From positions 87,360,001 through 87,424,000 of the forward strand of contig NC_086108.1 in the NCBI RefSeq assembly GCF_963921235.1: a stretch of 64,000 nucleotides of DNA, given 5' to 3'. Origin of the DNA: Mobula hypostoma (Eukaryota). Position 1 is the first letter of the stretch, and each line of letters starts with the position of its first letter. The notes under the pieces are model-generated. The model did no database searches. It was not told where the DNA came from and worked only from the letters and a program-made list of their open reading frames with translations. The position numbers and the translations under genes are program-made. Below are positions 13,385-25,444 of this stretch, piece after piece.

Positions 13385-13876
13385 GACTCTATAGTCAGGG
13401 GAGCAGACAGGAGATTTTGTGGACGTGAGAAGGACACCCGCATGGTTTGTTGCTTCCCGGGTGCCAGGGTCCGGGATGTCTCTGACCGGGTGCCCGACAT
13501 CCTGGTACAAGAGGGAAAGCAACCAGAAGTCGTGATACATGTTGGGACCAACGACATAGGCAGGAAGAGGGATGAGGTCCTGAAGTGTGAGTTTCAGGAA
13601 CTAGGCAGAAGGCTGAAGAACAGGACCTCAAGGGTGACGTTCTTAGGATTGCTGCCAGTGCTACGTGACAGTGATGGTAAGAATTGGAGAAGATGGCAGT
13701 TGAATGCGTGGCTGAGGCGTTGGTGCAGGGAGCAGGGTTTTAGATTTTTAGATCATTGGGATCTCTTCTGGGGAAGGTGGGACCTGTACAGATTGGATGG
13801 GTTGCACCTGAACTCGAGGGGGAGCAATATCCTTGCAGGTAGGTTTGCTAGCATGGTTCGGGAGGGTTTAAACTAA
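13385..13876 (+). CDS. CR1 ORF1 C-terminal SGNH/GDSL esterase-like domain (5'-truncated)
   Basis: CCFPGAR, VVIHVGTNDIG, LDGLHLNSRG motifs. Confidence 0.8.
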   Translation, partial: DSIVRGADRRFCGREKDTRMVCCFPGARVRDVSDRVPDILVQEGKQPEVVIHVGTNDIGRKRDEVLKCEFQELGRRLKNRTSRVTFLGLLPVLRDSDGKNWRRWQLNAWLRRWCREQGFRFLDHWDLFWGRWDLYRLDGLHLNSRGSNILAGRFASMVREGLN

Positions 13877-13911
13877 TTTGCCAGGGGGATGGGACCCAGA
13901 GCGATAGAGCA

Positions 13912-16803
13912 GTGAAAGAAGTGCATGGAGTAAAGCCAGATCTAACATACAGAGAGGCTTTGAGGAAAGAGAAGCAGAATAGACGGTGTAAAGACAGTAA
14001 GGTAGAAGGGCTGAAATGTGTGTACCTCAATGCAAGAAGCATCAGGAACAAAGGTGATGAACTGAGAGCTTGGATGCATACATGGAATTATGATGTAGTG
14101 GCCATTACGGAGACTTGGCTGGCACCGGGGCAGGAATGGATTCTCAATATTCCTGGATTTCAGTGCTTTAAAAGGGATAGAGAGGGCAGAAAAAGGGGAG
14201 GAGAGGTGGCATTACTGGTCAGGGATACTATTACAGCTACAGAAAGGGTGGGTAATGTAGCAGGATCCTCTTTTGAGTCAGTATGGGTGGAAGTCAGGAA
14301 CAGGAAGGGAGCAGTTACTCTATTGGGGGCATTCTATAGGCCCCCTGGTAGCAGCAGAGATACAGAGGAGCAGACTGGAAGGCAGATTTTGGAAAGGTGC
14401 AAAAATAACAGGGTTGTTATCATCGGTGACTTTAACTTCCCTAATATTGATTGGCACCTGATTAGATCCAAGGGTTTTGATGGGGCAGAGTTTGTTAAGT
14501 GTGTCCAGGATGGATTCCTGTCACAGTATGTGGACAGGCCGAACAGGGGGAATGCCATACTAGATCTAGTACTAGGTAATGAACCGGGTCAGGTCACAGA
14601 TCTCTCAGAGAGTGAGCATCTGGGGGACAGTGACCACCGCTCCCTGGTCTTTATAATTATCATGGAAAAGGATAGAGTCAAAGAGGACAGGAAAATTTTT
14701 AATTGGGGAAAGGCAAATTATGGGGCTATAAGGCTAGAACTTGCGGGTGTGAATTGGGATGATGTTTTTGCAGGAAAATGTACTATGGACATGTGGTCAG
14801 TGTTTAGAGATCTCTTGCGGGATGTAAGGGATAAATTTGTCCCGGTGAGGAAGATAAAGAATGGTAGGGTGAAGGAACCATGGGTGACAAGTGAGGTGGA
14901 AAATCTAGTCAGGTGGAAGAAGGCAGCATACATGAGGTTTAGGAAGCAAGGATCAGATGAGTCTATTGAGAAATACAGGGAAGCAAGAAAGGAGCTTAAG
15001 AAGGGGCTGAGAAGAGCAAGAAGGGGGCATGAGAAGGCCTTGGCGAGTAGGGTAAAGGAAAACCCCAAGGCATCCTTCAATTATGCGAAGAAAAAAAGGA
15101 TGACAGGAGTGAAGGTAGGACCGATTAGAGATAAAGGTGGGACGATGTGCCTGGAGGCTGTGGAAGTGAGTGAGGTCCTCAATGAATACTTCTCTTCGGT
15201 ATTCACCAATGAGAGGGAACTTGATGATGGTGAGGACAATATGAGTGAGGTTGATGTTCTGGAGCATGTTAATATTAAGGGAGAGGAGGTGTTGGAGTTG
15301 TTAAAATACATTAGGACAGATAAGTCCCCGGGGCCTGACGGAATATTCCCCAGGCTGCTCCACGAGGCGAGAGAAGAGATTGCTGAGCCTCTGGCTGGGA
15401 TCTTTATGTCCTCGTTGTCCACGGGAATGGTACCAGAGGATTGGAGGGAGGTGAATGTTGTTCCCTTGTTCAAAAAAGGTAGTAGGGATAGTCCGGGTAA
15501 TTATAGACCAGTGAGCCTTATGTCTGTGGTGGGAAAGCTGTTGGAAAAGATTCTTTGAGATAGGATCTATAGGCATTTAGAGAATCATGGTCTGATCAGG
15601 GACAGTCAGCATGGCTTTGTGAAGGGCAGATTGAGTCTAACAAGCCTAATAGAGTTCTTTGAGGAGGTGACCAGGCATATAGATGAGGGTAGTGCAGTGG
15701 ATGTGATCCATATGGATTTTAGTAAGGCATTTGACAAGGTTCCGCACGATAGGCTTATTCAGAAAGTTAGAAGGCATGGGATCCAGGGAAGTTTGGCCAG
15801 GTGGATTCAGAATTGGCTTGCCTGCAGAAGGCAGAGGGTGGTGGTGGAGGGAGTACATTCAGTTTGGAGGATTGTGACTAGTGGAGTCCCACAAGGATCT
15901 GTTCTGGGACCTCTACTTTTCGTGATTTTTATTAACGACCTGGATGTGGGGGTAGAAGGGTGGGTTGGCAAGTTTGCAGATGACACAAAGGTTGGTGGTG
16001 TTGTAGATAGTGTAGAGGATTGTCAAAGATTGCAGAGAGACATTGATAGGATGCAGAAGTGGGCTGAGAAGTGGCAGTTGGAGTTCAACCCGGAGAAGTG
16101 TGAGGTGGTACACTTTGGAAGGACAAACTCCAAGGCAGAGTACAAAGCAAATGGCAGGATACTTGGTAGTGTGGAGGAGCAGAGGGATCTCGGGGTACAT
16201 GTCCACAGATCCCTGAAAGTTGCCTCACAGGTGGATAGGGTAGTTAAGAAAGCTTATGAGGTGTTAGCTTTCATAAGTCGAGGGATAGAGTTTAAGAGTC
16301 GCGATGTAATGATGCAGCTCTATAAAACTCTGGTTAGGCCACACTTGGAGTACTGTGTCCAGTTCTGGTCACCTCACTGTAGGAAGGATGTGGAAGCATT
16401 GGAAAGGGTACAGAGGAGATTTTCCAGGATGCTGCCTGGTTTAGAAAGTATGCATTATGATCAGAGATTAAGGGAGCTAGGGCTTTACTCTTTGGAGAGA
16501 AGGAGGATGAGAGGAGACATGATAGAGGTGTACAAGATAATAAGAGGAATAGATAGAGTGGATAGCCAGCGCCTCTTCCCCAGGGCACCACTGCTCAATA
16601 CAAGAGGACATGGCTTTAAGGTAAGGGGTGGGAAGTTCAAGGGGGATATTAGAGGAAGGTTTTTCACTCAGAGAGTGATTGGTGCGTGGAATGCACTGCC
16701 TGAGTCAGTGGTGGAGGCAGATACACTAGTGAAGTTTATGAGACTACTAAACAGGTATATGGAGGAATCTAAGGTGGGGGCTTATATGGGAGGCAGGGTT
16801 TGA
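13912..16803 (+). pseudogene. CR1 ORF2 (APE + RT) with one nonsense codon
   Basis: YLNARSI, ITETW, GDFN, SDH, FADD; ORFs 13912-15558 and 15619-16803 share a frame; the sister copy has AGA at the equivalent codon (~58610). Confidence 0.9.
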
Positions 16804-17109
16804 GAGTTGGCACAACATTGTGGGCCGAAGGGCCTGTACTGTGCTGTACTATTCTATGTTCTACGTTCTACGAAATCCAGATTTCCTATGATCAGCCAAT
16901 ATTTTCAGGTTTGATGCAGCATCCTTTTACAATGTATGAAAACTACAGTGAGTTGTCATGTCAGCAGAAAAGATCATTGGCTGCAGTTTACCATCACCAC
17001 AGGACCAGAATGTGTTCAGGGCAAAAAAGTGGGCAGGAAAAATCATCCTAGACACTACTCACCCTTCAGGAAGGTGCAATAGGGCTATTATAAACCACCT
17101 TGACCAAAT

Positions 17110-17855
17110 AGGTGTACCATCTTCCAGTCAAGAAGGCTCCCACGGTCAACAACCTCTGGATAGACCACAAAACCATATACTTCACTTATTTCATGGCTTT
17201 TACATTTGTTTTTTTTATCTTGAATGTGATTCTGGAACTGTTGGAGCCTGTGATTTGCAGTTTGGAAATTGTTTTGGTATTCCAGCACTCTGCAGTCTCC
17301 AAGAGGATTCCGGGAGACAGACGCAGCGTGTGCAAACTTCGTGGCTGCGGGACAGGGCGCAAGCTGATGTTTGGCTCCATTTCACCGATTAAAGCACCAA
17401 GAGAGATTGAAACATTAGAGGCAAATGTGAAAGGTGAGAGCAGGCTGCCTGCCTTTTGATCATTAGTGGAATCGCTGTGCTTCAGGAGATAGGAGACTGC
17501 CTTTTAATTGCTGGTGGAATCACTCTGTTGCCTGAGAGGGGAGAGTGTACCACTGTGACAGAAGAATGTTACCCGGGTTTTTCTGCATTTTGGATACGGG
17601 CTTGGACTATGGACTTCTTTTCAGTCTTATAGTTTTTTTATATTCTATGTTTTTGGCCTGATCTTTCTCATTTTTTTTTTCTGTGTGGGGCAGAGGAATA
17701 TTTGAGGGTCGATATGCCTGTTGGTTTTGTGTGGAAGGGAGTGATTTGGAGGTTGATGACCGTGCTGTCATTGTCTTCTTTCTTGGTTTTGTGGCTATCT
17801 GCAGAAGAAGAATTTCAGAGTTGTATACTTTGATAATAAATAAACCTTTGAAATA
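17110..17855 (+). mobile_element. Non-coding SINE-like/non-autonomous retroelement
   Basis: 3' end ACTTTGATAATAAAT...TTTGAA resembles those at 34915-35165 and 47775-48140. Confidence 0.5.
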
Positions 17856-18009
17856 AAACAAAAACTTCACTGCATCTTAAATTTCTTCCCATAGGCAATT
17901 AATCTGATTAACCATTCTAGCTAGCTTTCCTCACCCCTTCTATCTATTATCCTTATCACTCCAGTGAACTGTAGACATTTTAAACTACTTTTTATAATGC
18001 TGTTTATAT

Positions 18010-18265
18010 TAGAAACATAGAAACATAGAAAATCTACAGCACAATGCAGGCCCTTTGGCTCACAAAGCTGTGCCAAACATGTCCTTACCTTAAAAATTAC
18101 CAAGGGTTACCCATAGCCCTCTATTTTTCTGAGCTCCATGTACCTGTCCAGGAGTCTCTTAAAAGACCCTGTCATATCCACCTCCACCACCATTGTCGGC
18201 AGCCCATTCCACGCATTCACCACTTTCTGCGTAAAAAAACTTACCCCTGACATCTCCTCTGTACC
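18010..18265 (-). mobile_element. CR1 3' fragment
   Basis: (CATAGAAA)n tail; matches the 3' ends at ~10900-11160 and ~30590-30845. Confidence 0.85.
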
Positions 18266-18519
18266 TAAATTATATATTCTAAATAAATGCTAATATTTAT
18301 GTATTTATGCACATTTTATTCCATATCCATACTTTTTAATATAATTCTTTATACTGTTGAATGTTGAATTTTATTCCATGGTGCGCTCTGACGGACACAC
18401 CACAGCGAATTTCTAATACATATAAATGTGTGAGGCGAATAACTTTGATCCTTGATCTTTGATCCTGTCAGTTATTTTAGTCTGTTTTACTATTGAAAAA
18501 CAAAGATATTCAGTAATAC

Positions 18520-18805
18520 AAGAGATTCTGGATCTCTTGAGCAACCCACACAAAATGCTGGAGGAGCTCAGCAAGTCAGGCAACATCTATTGGATATTAA
18601 ACATTAAATTGGATAGATATATGGACAGGAAAGGAATGGAGGGTTATGGGCTGAATGCAGGTCGGTGGGACTAGGTGAGAGTAAGAGTTCGGCACGGACT
18701 AGAAGGGCTGAGATGGCCCGTTTCCGTGCTGTAATTGTCATATGGTTATATGGTTATCTACACAGGGGAATAAACAGTCAATGCTTCAGAATGAGGCCCT
18801 TCATC
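18520..18805 (-). mobile_element. Penelope pseudo-LTR fragment interrupted by a + strand CR1 3' tail (~18590-18757)
   Basis: CACAAAATGCTGGAGGAGCTCAGC motif; inserted piece ends in (TATGGTTA)n. Confidence 0.65.
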
Positions 18806-19694
18806 CAAGATACATTCATCTTCCTTCAACCAAAATAAGTAAATTGATCTAGAATGATTTTGCTGCTGATGTGATCTTACATGCACAGAATCACTGAACA
18901 TTTGCTATAGTCAATATAAGTTGCAACACTTAAAGGCAATTTCTGAGGTACTGCAGAAACTTGTCATGAAGTGTCTTTATGTATTAGGTGTTATCAATCA
19001 CAGTCAGAAATACCTTTTCCCCATCCAGTTCGGGTTATTTCTGGTTATTTTACATCTGAGCAGTGAGGAGTAGTGAAAACAATCCCATTATCATTGTATG
19101 ATCCAAAGTGTCAGGCAAGTTTCCCACACTAGTTATTTTGCCATGATGTTCATTCTCAGGGGAAAAACAGAATGCTCGGTTAGTCTTAAAAGGATTCATT
19201 TGTATCCATTGTTGCTAACTGTTCATAATCACGGGATGAAAGGCTCTCTACAAGGTGTACGTCAAGTAGAAATCAATAATTCTGTGTTTCTGTCACATTG
19301 TGACAGAACTTACTAGGAAGAACACACAATAAATGTGGCAACCTTTTTCAATTTCCCGGTTCGATAAGCATAGACTCAAAAGAAGAAAATAGTTCTAAAA
19401 GATATGTTATGTTTAACAAAACTAGGCAAGATGGGCACGTTTCTCAATATATTTACAATGCACAGTATTCATCTTTTTTTGACAGATGTAATCACAAGCC
19501 AAATACACTTAATAAGCTATTTCACATGACTACCTTGCTCAATTCCTCACTGTGCTGTTTGTACTTTCGCCCCAGTTCTGAATTCAAAATGAAACAGGAT
19601 CCAATCTGGAGAAAAATTGCATGGGGCCTAATTGGTGCTGAACTTAAACCTACAAGATAAAAGCCTTTGCACAGAAGCAGACATCTGTAAAAAT

Positions 19695-19830
19695 GAGTCC
19701 TGAAGAAGGGTCTCGGTCCGAAACGTCACCGACTTGTTCATTTCCATAGATGATGCCTGATCTGCCGAGTTCCTCCAGCATTTTGTGTGCGTCGCTTTGG
19801 ATTTCCAATATCTGCAGAATTGCTCATGTT
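19695..19830 (+). mobile_element. Solo Penelope pseudo-LTR with hammerhead-like motif
   Basis: AGTC-CTGAAGA-AGGGTCTCGGTCC-GAAAC-GTC...GACT followed by GATGCC..CTGC.GAGTTCCTCCAGCA; same as the 3' end of the element at 33775-34910. Confidence 0.8.
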
Positions 19831-20129
19831 TATCCATAAAAATGAGTCGGATCTGCACGATAGAATTGAACTTTTCTGCTTTCTAAAGCCGTAACAACCT
19901 AAAAGTCATTTGCCCTTTCGAAGAAGTCTGATAAATGTAGTACCCTCTGCCAGTGACCTGAATATAGCAAGTTTGATAGGGGAAGGCCATTAAATGTCAA
20001 GGTCATATAATTAAATTACCTCCTTTGGAGATTTCCTGATTTCTTACAGTGAGAATGTAGCTCACCATTTGTTATTTCAAGTCTGAGGGCAGAAACACAG
20101 CGACTCATTACCTAAAGGACTGTGAAAGA

Positions 20130-20290
20130 AACTGATTGCTGTGCAATCACCACTTCAGACTTTCTGATGAAGGAATCAACGCTGATATAGCAGTGGAAGA
20201 TGATTGGGTTCAGGACAGGGAGGAATACCAGCACTGATGATGCAGGGCTGAGATGATTGCCCACCAATAAACACAACCTATAACCTACAT
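20130..20290 (-). mobile_element. Ancient L2/CR1-group RT remnant
   Basis: Pieces read VVFIGGQSSQP..ISAGIP, VLNPIIF, SFIRKSEV..DCT, a degenerate PQG to FADD region. Confidence 0.5.
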
Positions 20291-20303
20291 CCTTTGCGCT
20301 GCA

Positions 20304-21420
20304 TATCAGAATCAGAATCAGGTTTAATATCACTGGTATATGTCATGAAATTGGGTAACTTTGAAGAAGCTGTACAATGCAATACATAATAATAGAAAAA
20401 TCTGTGAATGGCAGTATGAATATATATATTCAATAGTTACATTAAGGAAGTAGTGCAAACAAATGAAATAAAAAAGTAGTGATGTAGTATTCATGGATTC
20501 AATGTCCATTCAGAAATTGGATGGCAGAGGGGAAGGAGCTGTTCCTGAATTGTTGAGAGGGTGCCTTCAGGCTTTTGTACCTCCTTCCGATGGTAACAAT
20601 GAGAAGAGGGCAAGTCTTGGGTGATGGGGTCCTTAATGATGGATGCCAACTTTTCGAGGCATCACTCCTCGAATATGTCCAGGATACCATGGAGCCTAGT
20701 GCCCATGATGGAGCTGACTAATTTTACATCTCTCTGCAGCTTATTTCGGTCCTGTGCCAGACGGTGATGCAGCCAGCTAGAATGCTCTCCACAGCACATC
20801 TGTAGAAATTTGTGAGTGTTTTTGGCGACATACCAGATCTCCTCAAACTCTAATGAAATATAGCGGATGTCATGCCTTCCTTGTAGCTGCTTTGATATGT
20901 TGGACCCAGGTTAGATCCTCAGAGGTACTGACATCCAGGAACTTGAAATTACTCACACTCTCCGCTTCTGATCCCTCCATGAGTACAGGTGTGTGTTCCC
21001 TCATCTGGCTTACCCTTTCTGAAGTCCACAATCAGTTCTTTGGTCTTACTGATGTTAAGGGTAAGGTTGTTTCTGCAACACTACTCAGCAAGCTGGTATA
21101 TCTTACTCTTGTACACCTTCTCATCACCATCTGAGATTCTGCCAACAATGGTTGTACTGTCAGCAAATTTATAGATGACACTTGAACTGTGCCTAGCCTC
21201 ACAGTCATGGGTATATAGAGAGTAGAGTAGTGGGCTTAGCACACACCCCTAAGGTGTGCCAGTGTGGAGTTTGTATTTTCAGTCTACACAGATTGGGGTC
21301 TTCCAATTAAGAGGGAGGTACAGGGGCCCAGTTTCTAGAGCTTTTCAATCAGAACTATATGAATGATGGTGATAAATGCTTAGCTGTAGTCAATAAATAG
21401 CATTCTGACATCGGTATGAC
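20304..21420 (-). mobile_element. Rex1/Babar 3' fragment
   Basis: (CAGAAT)n on + strand at 20304-20322; reverse complement similar to 9840-10320 and 11160-11570. Confidence 0.85.
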
Positions 21421-21774
21421 ATTTATCTTGTGCTATAGTACACTTTGCTTAATATTAAGATACCCTCCTCTCTTGATTTTGATTCTCATAGGACTCTTTA
21501 GTTTCAAAATTGGTTGAATGCTACATTAATGTCAAAGGCCGTCATTCTCATCTTTTTCTCATTTGTCTATTTTCAGGCCAAAGTTGTATTTAGGTTGGAA
21601 CTGAATCCTCTCAAAATCCAACTGAACAAGTTAATAAATAGGTTATTTGGGACCAAGAAAAGTTTGACTGCCTTCACTATGCCTGCTTACATCATTTTAG
21701 AGATGATTTTGAACTATGTAACTTTGAGTTTGTCCTTTGTAACTTTGCACATGATTGAGAGATATCAGTGTTCT

Positions 21775-22460
21775 AACAGTGGAAAGGGTCTCCAGGTTTT
21801 AAGTTTTTGGGAGTGATCATCACAGAGGAGCCCTCTTGGAGCACCAACACCTCCTTGATAGTAGGGAAGGCTCAGAAGCACCTATACTATCTAAGGAGTT
21901 TAAACGGAGTAATTCTGCCCCAAACGCTGCTGGAAAACCCTTTATTGATGTGCAGTTGAGACTCACTGACCTACCGCATGACGGAATGCTACACTAGCTG
22001 TGACAAGAGCAACCAAAAAGCACTTTGGCAGCTGATCAGGACTGCACAGAACATTATTGGGACACAGCCAACAGATATGGAAACCATTTACAACTCACGA
22101 TGTCTATGGTGGACTCGCAAAACCATGATGAGCTCATCCCACCCCAGTAATCACCTGCTTAATCTCCTACCATCCGGCAGGAAATACAGAAACATCTCTG
22201 CACGGACATCCAGACTGAAAAACAGCTTCCTCCCCAGGCTATCGTACAAATGAATAATGCCCCATTTTAGAGTTGTCTGTTTTTAATTCGGTTGTAACTT
22301 GGAAGTCACTCTAAATAATTCAGATGTTATTTGATATTTAGTCATTGTGATTTTAGTAATTCAATTGCCACTATGCTGTTTTGCATTAAATGGAGTAGCA
22401 CTGCAATTTTGTTGTCTTCAGTAATGACAATAATGCTCTAACTTACTAACTAACTAACAA
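21775..22460 (+). mobile_element. Rex1-like 3' fragment
   Basis: LLPSGRKYRNISARTSRLKNSF; (CTAA)n tail. Confidence 0.75.
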
Positions 22461-23439
22461 ACTTTATTGGAACATCTTGACTAGAGTGCAACCAGTTCTA
22501 GTGCGAGGAGGAATGATATCAGGGCTCTTGATATTTTTTTGTACCAAGCACATTCTGCCACTTCATCTTATCACATGGAATATATTATACTGGCTGAAAT
22601 CTATTTTCTAAGATGTGAGCGACTTCAAGAAATATCCATAATGGATCATCTACTGCACATTTCCAGTTGGAAATGTATCACTATTGCCTTTAAAGTATCC
22701 TGACTGTTTTTTTCCTTTGCCCAAGCTGCATGACAGCCGTCCTGGTTTTGCAATATCCCTAGTCTTTAGTAAGGAGGGAGCCTAAAAATGATACAGTCTT
22801 TGGCACAGAAGAGAATTCAAATCATCCCCATTGCAACACTCTTTCTTCATAGTCTTACAGATTTTTCTCTCAAGTGTCTGTCCAACTCCCTTGGAACAGC
22901 AATCATTGATTCTGTTTCTGGCATTCTTATAGGCACTGCATTCCAAATCATAACAACTCTCTGAGTCAAAATCTTTTCTTCACATCGTGTTTGCATCTTT
23001 TGCCCACAATCTTAATTTTGTGCCCTCAGACCTTTTGAGTGTTCTGCTGGCAATAATAACCTCTCCGTCTATTTTTCCTACCTCAATTGGTCATTGGCTT
23101 GCACACATGACTGATGTGTTGTTGGAGTAGGGAGCAGGAGGTGTCTGGGAGTTTGGTGGTGGTTGAGGCTAGCTGACCTTTATTTTGTCCATTACATGAG
23201 TATTTGCTGATGTTCCCCAGCCCTCTTTTGTCCAGCTGAGCACTGTAGAATTATCAATGATCCGTTTCATCACTAACCCAATGAAAAAAAAGAAGGAACT
23301 GCTGAAGAGGGCTGAACTGATCCAGCATCATCTTGAGGCTTTGTCTCCGACAACTGTAACTATACTATATGAGCATTTGAACCAAATGAAGAAAGGGAAA
23401 AATATTAATAATAAATCAAAACAATAAGAAAATAATGAA

Positions 23440-23560
23440 TAAACTCTTCTCGGGCTTCCAGCTGGGTACAGGTATCGATTATAACTGATGTTTCGATGAC
23501 AAACTCTGCCATCTTCTTCAGGGATGATGCCTGGACATGTCTAGTCTGGTGGTATTTCTA
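23440..23560 (-). mobile_element. Terminal-repeat fragment of a second Penelope family
   Basis: Minus strand CTGAAGA-AGATGGCAGAGTTTGTCATC-GAAACATC, then CCCAGCTGGAAGCCCGAGAAGAGTT. Confidence 0.65.
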
Positions 23561-23761
23561 CAGATAAAGTATAATATTATCAGAGCCTGAAGTTGGTGCT
23601 ATGTTATGTATATTTTTTTATGTCATGTAGCATAGACAATCCTGATAGTGTGAAAAAGATAGCTGCTCCCAGTGCATATATCTACATTTCAAGGGTAAAA
23701 AATGGGAGGCAGTTTCAAAACTCTGATTTAATTGAATTCCTTATTTCAAGAGGAACATTAC

Positions 23762-24365
23762 CTATAGTAGGCAGCCATCGGTCTCAGGGGATCATGGGTT
23801 TGCGCCTCTGGTGGACTTCATTCTCTCCAGGGCGCAAGCCTGAGCGGTAAGATTTGAAGAACCGGCTGTTGCCCATGCAGCGGGTTCCCCCTCTCCACGT
23901 CACTGATGTAGTCCATGGGAAGGGCAAGCGCCCATGCAGCTTGACACCAGTGTCGTCGCAGAAGTTGCCAAAGTGAAGTTGTAAACAACATCAAACTGTT
24001 TTCGGGACCCCAGCTCCAGATTTCCTCCTCGGGGTTTACTCCCGAAGCCTTTCCCATGGGTGGGTATGGCTACAAGGCAGCAGAGGTTTAAAATCAGAGT
24101 TTTCCTTCTCCTAGGCGGGCTGCCATCCAAGGCTGATGAGCCCCACCTGCCCAAAGCAACTGGTTTTGAGGTGCCAGTGGTCTGCCTTTGCCCCTTCTCT
24201 TGTCGGTAGAAACAGTTCCACCAGGCCTAGTAGCTAAGCCACACGTGAAGGCCGAGATTTGGACTTGGTTGTCAGAGGCTGTTAGAGTCACATACCATTT
24301 GGAGCACTTTATAGGTAGTGGGAGCTTATCTCCATTACCGCCTCGGCTATGACAACCTTAGGAAC
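23762..24365 (-). mobile_element. Non-autonomous RTE-related element (5' UTR joined to 3' tail, no ORF)
   Basis: GGCAGCC..CTAGGAGAAGGAAAACTCTGA..AAACC RTE-type 5' UTR motif; 3' ~200 bp shared with the SINE at 28350-28653. Confidence 0.6.
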
Positions 24366-25444
24366 CAACATTATCTGTACAGTATCCACATTCATAAGCG
24401 CTTCTGTTTTTAAAGAGTGAAACGCAGGTACGTTTCCTCTTCTTAACTCAAAGTGTTGAACCTACTATGAATTAACTCCCATTATTTGACTCCACCAAAT
24501 GCTAATCCAAAAAAAATTAAATATGGGCATTAAATAACAATTAACACTTTATTCTTAACTATTATGAATGCCAGGGAATTTGGCATGTTTTCTGAGGCAA
24601 TAAACTTCTCACACTTAACCAGTCCAGTTGGTAGTGAACTCAGAATGGACTACTTTGGATCTCAAGATCTGATTGCATAGTAGATTGCATACACTATATT
24701 TTGTTTTAACTGGGAAGTATTTGGCATCTACGACCATGTCTGACAGTTCCAATAAACCATGAATTCTACACACCAATATGCACATGCTTTCTTAAGTTCA
24801 GAAAAAGCAGTTCCTCTCATTTTATGCCCAGTACAGTCTCTATATAGCATGTAGCTCTCAGGTCTGACGCAGGCCACAGCTGACAACTGACAAATATAAA
24901 GCAGGCAGACCTTCACTAACATGTTGGTTGCGCCTAAGTTTAAGATGAGTTATCTCTATGACGAGAAAGCAGATCCAAGAGAAGCAAATTTATGAAGATA
25001 AGCATATGGTAAAATGTGCTTACATGTTGAAGTGAGATTACCTTCCGGAGAAGCTGCCGCTATCACAGGTGACATTTCTTTCCTACCTGTTTGTGGTGAA
25101 CTGTCCAAGAAAACAAACAAGACTTTGGTTTTAGAAATACATAACAAAATGTGATTATCTAGTGATCCACCTGCCGCAATAGAATGGATATGGAAATGAA
25201 TGTGACAGAAAATAACTCTTCTTAGTATTCATCACATTCTGCGCTGCAGAGGCAAAGAAACCAGTGAAGAAAATTAATGCAGACTTCACATTGTAGTGCT
25301 GAAATTTAAGAAATAGCACAATTAAAATGCATCATTCTACATTCTATCATAAAGGTTGGTTATAAGCACAACAATGTCTCATCCAACAGACTGAATCATT
25401 TGCAAAAGAGGGTTCAGTAATTTGAGTGAAAGTTATCAGTTGTG

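Larger units (their letters stand above)
13385..16872 (+). mobile_element. Near-full-length CR1: ORF1 esterase part, complete ORF2, tail
   Basis: ORF1 DS..G, VHVGTND, DGLHLN (SGNH-like); ORF2 13912-16803 in one frame with a single TGA at 15556-15558; TTCTATG/TTCTACG tail. Confidence 0.95.

Noticed and set aside
13442..13876. Host SGNH esterase gene next to a reverse transcriptase
   Set aside because: This is the normal ORF1 domain of CR1 elements
20112..20333. Host exon
   Set aside because: Better explained as an ancient LINE RT remnant
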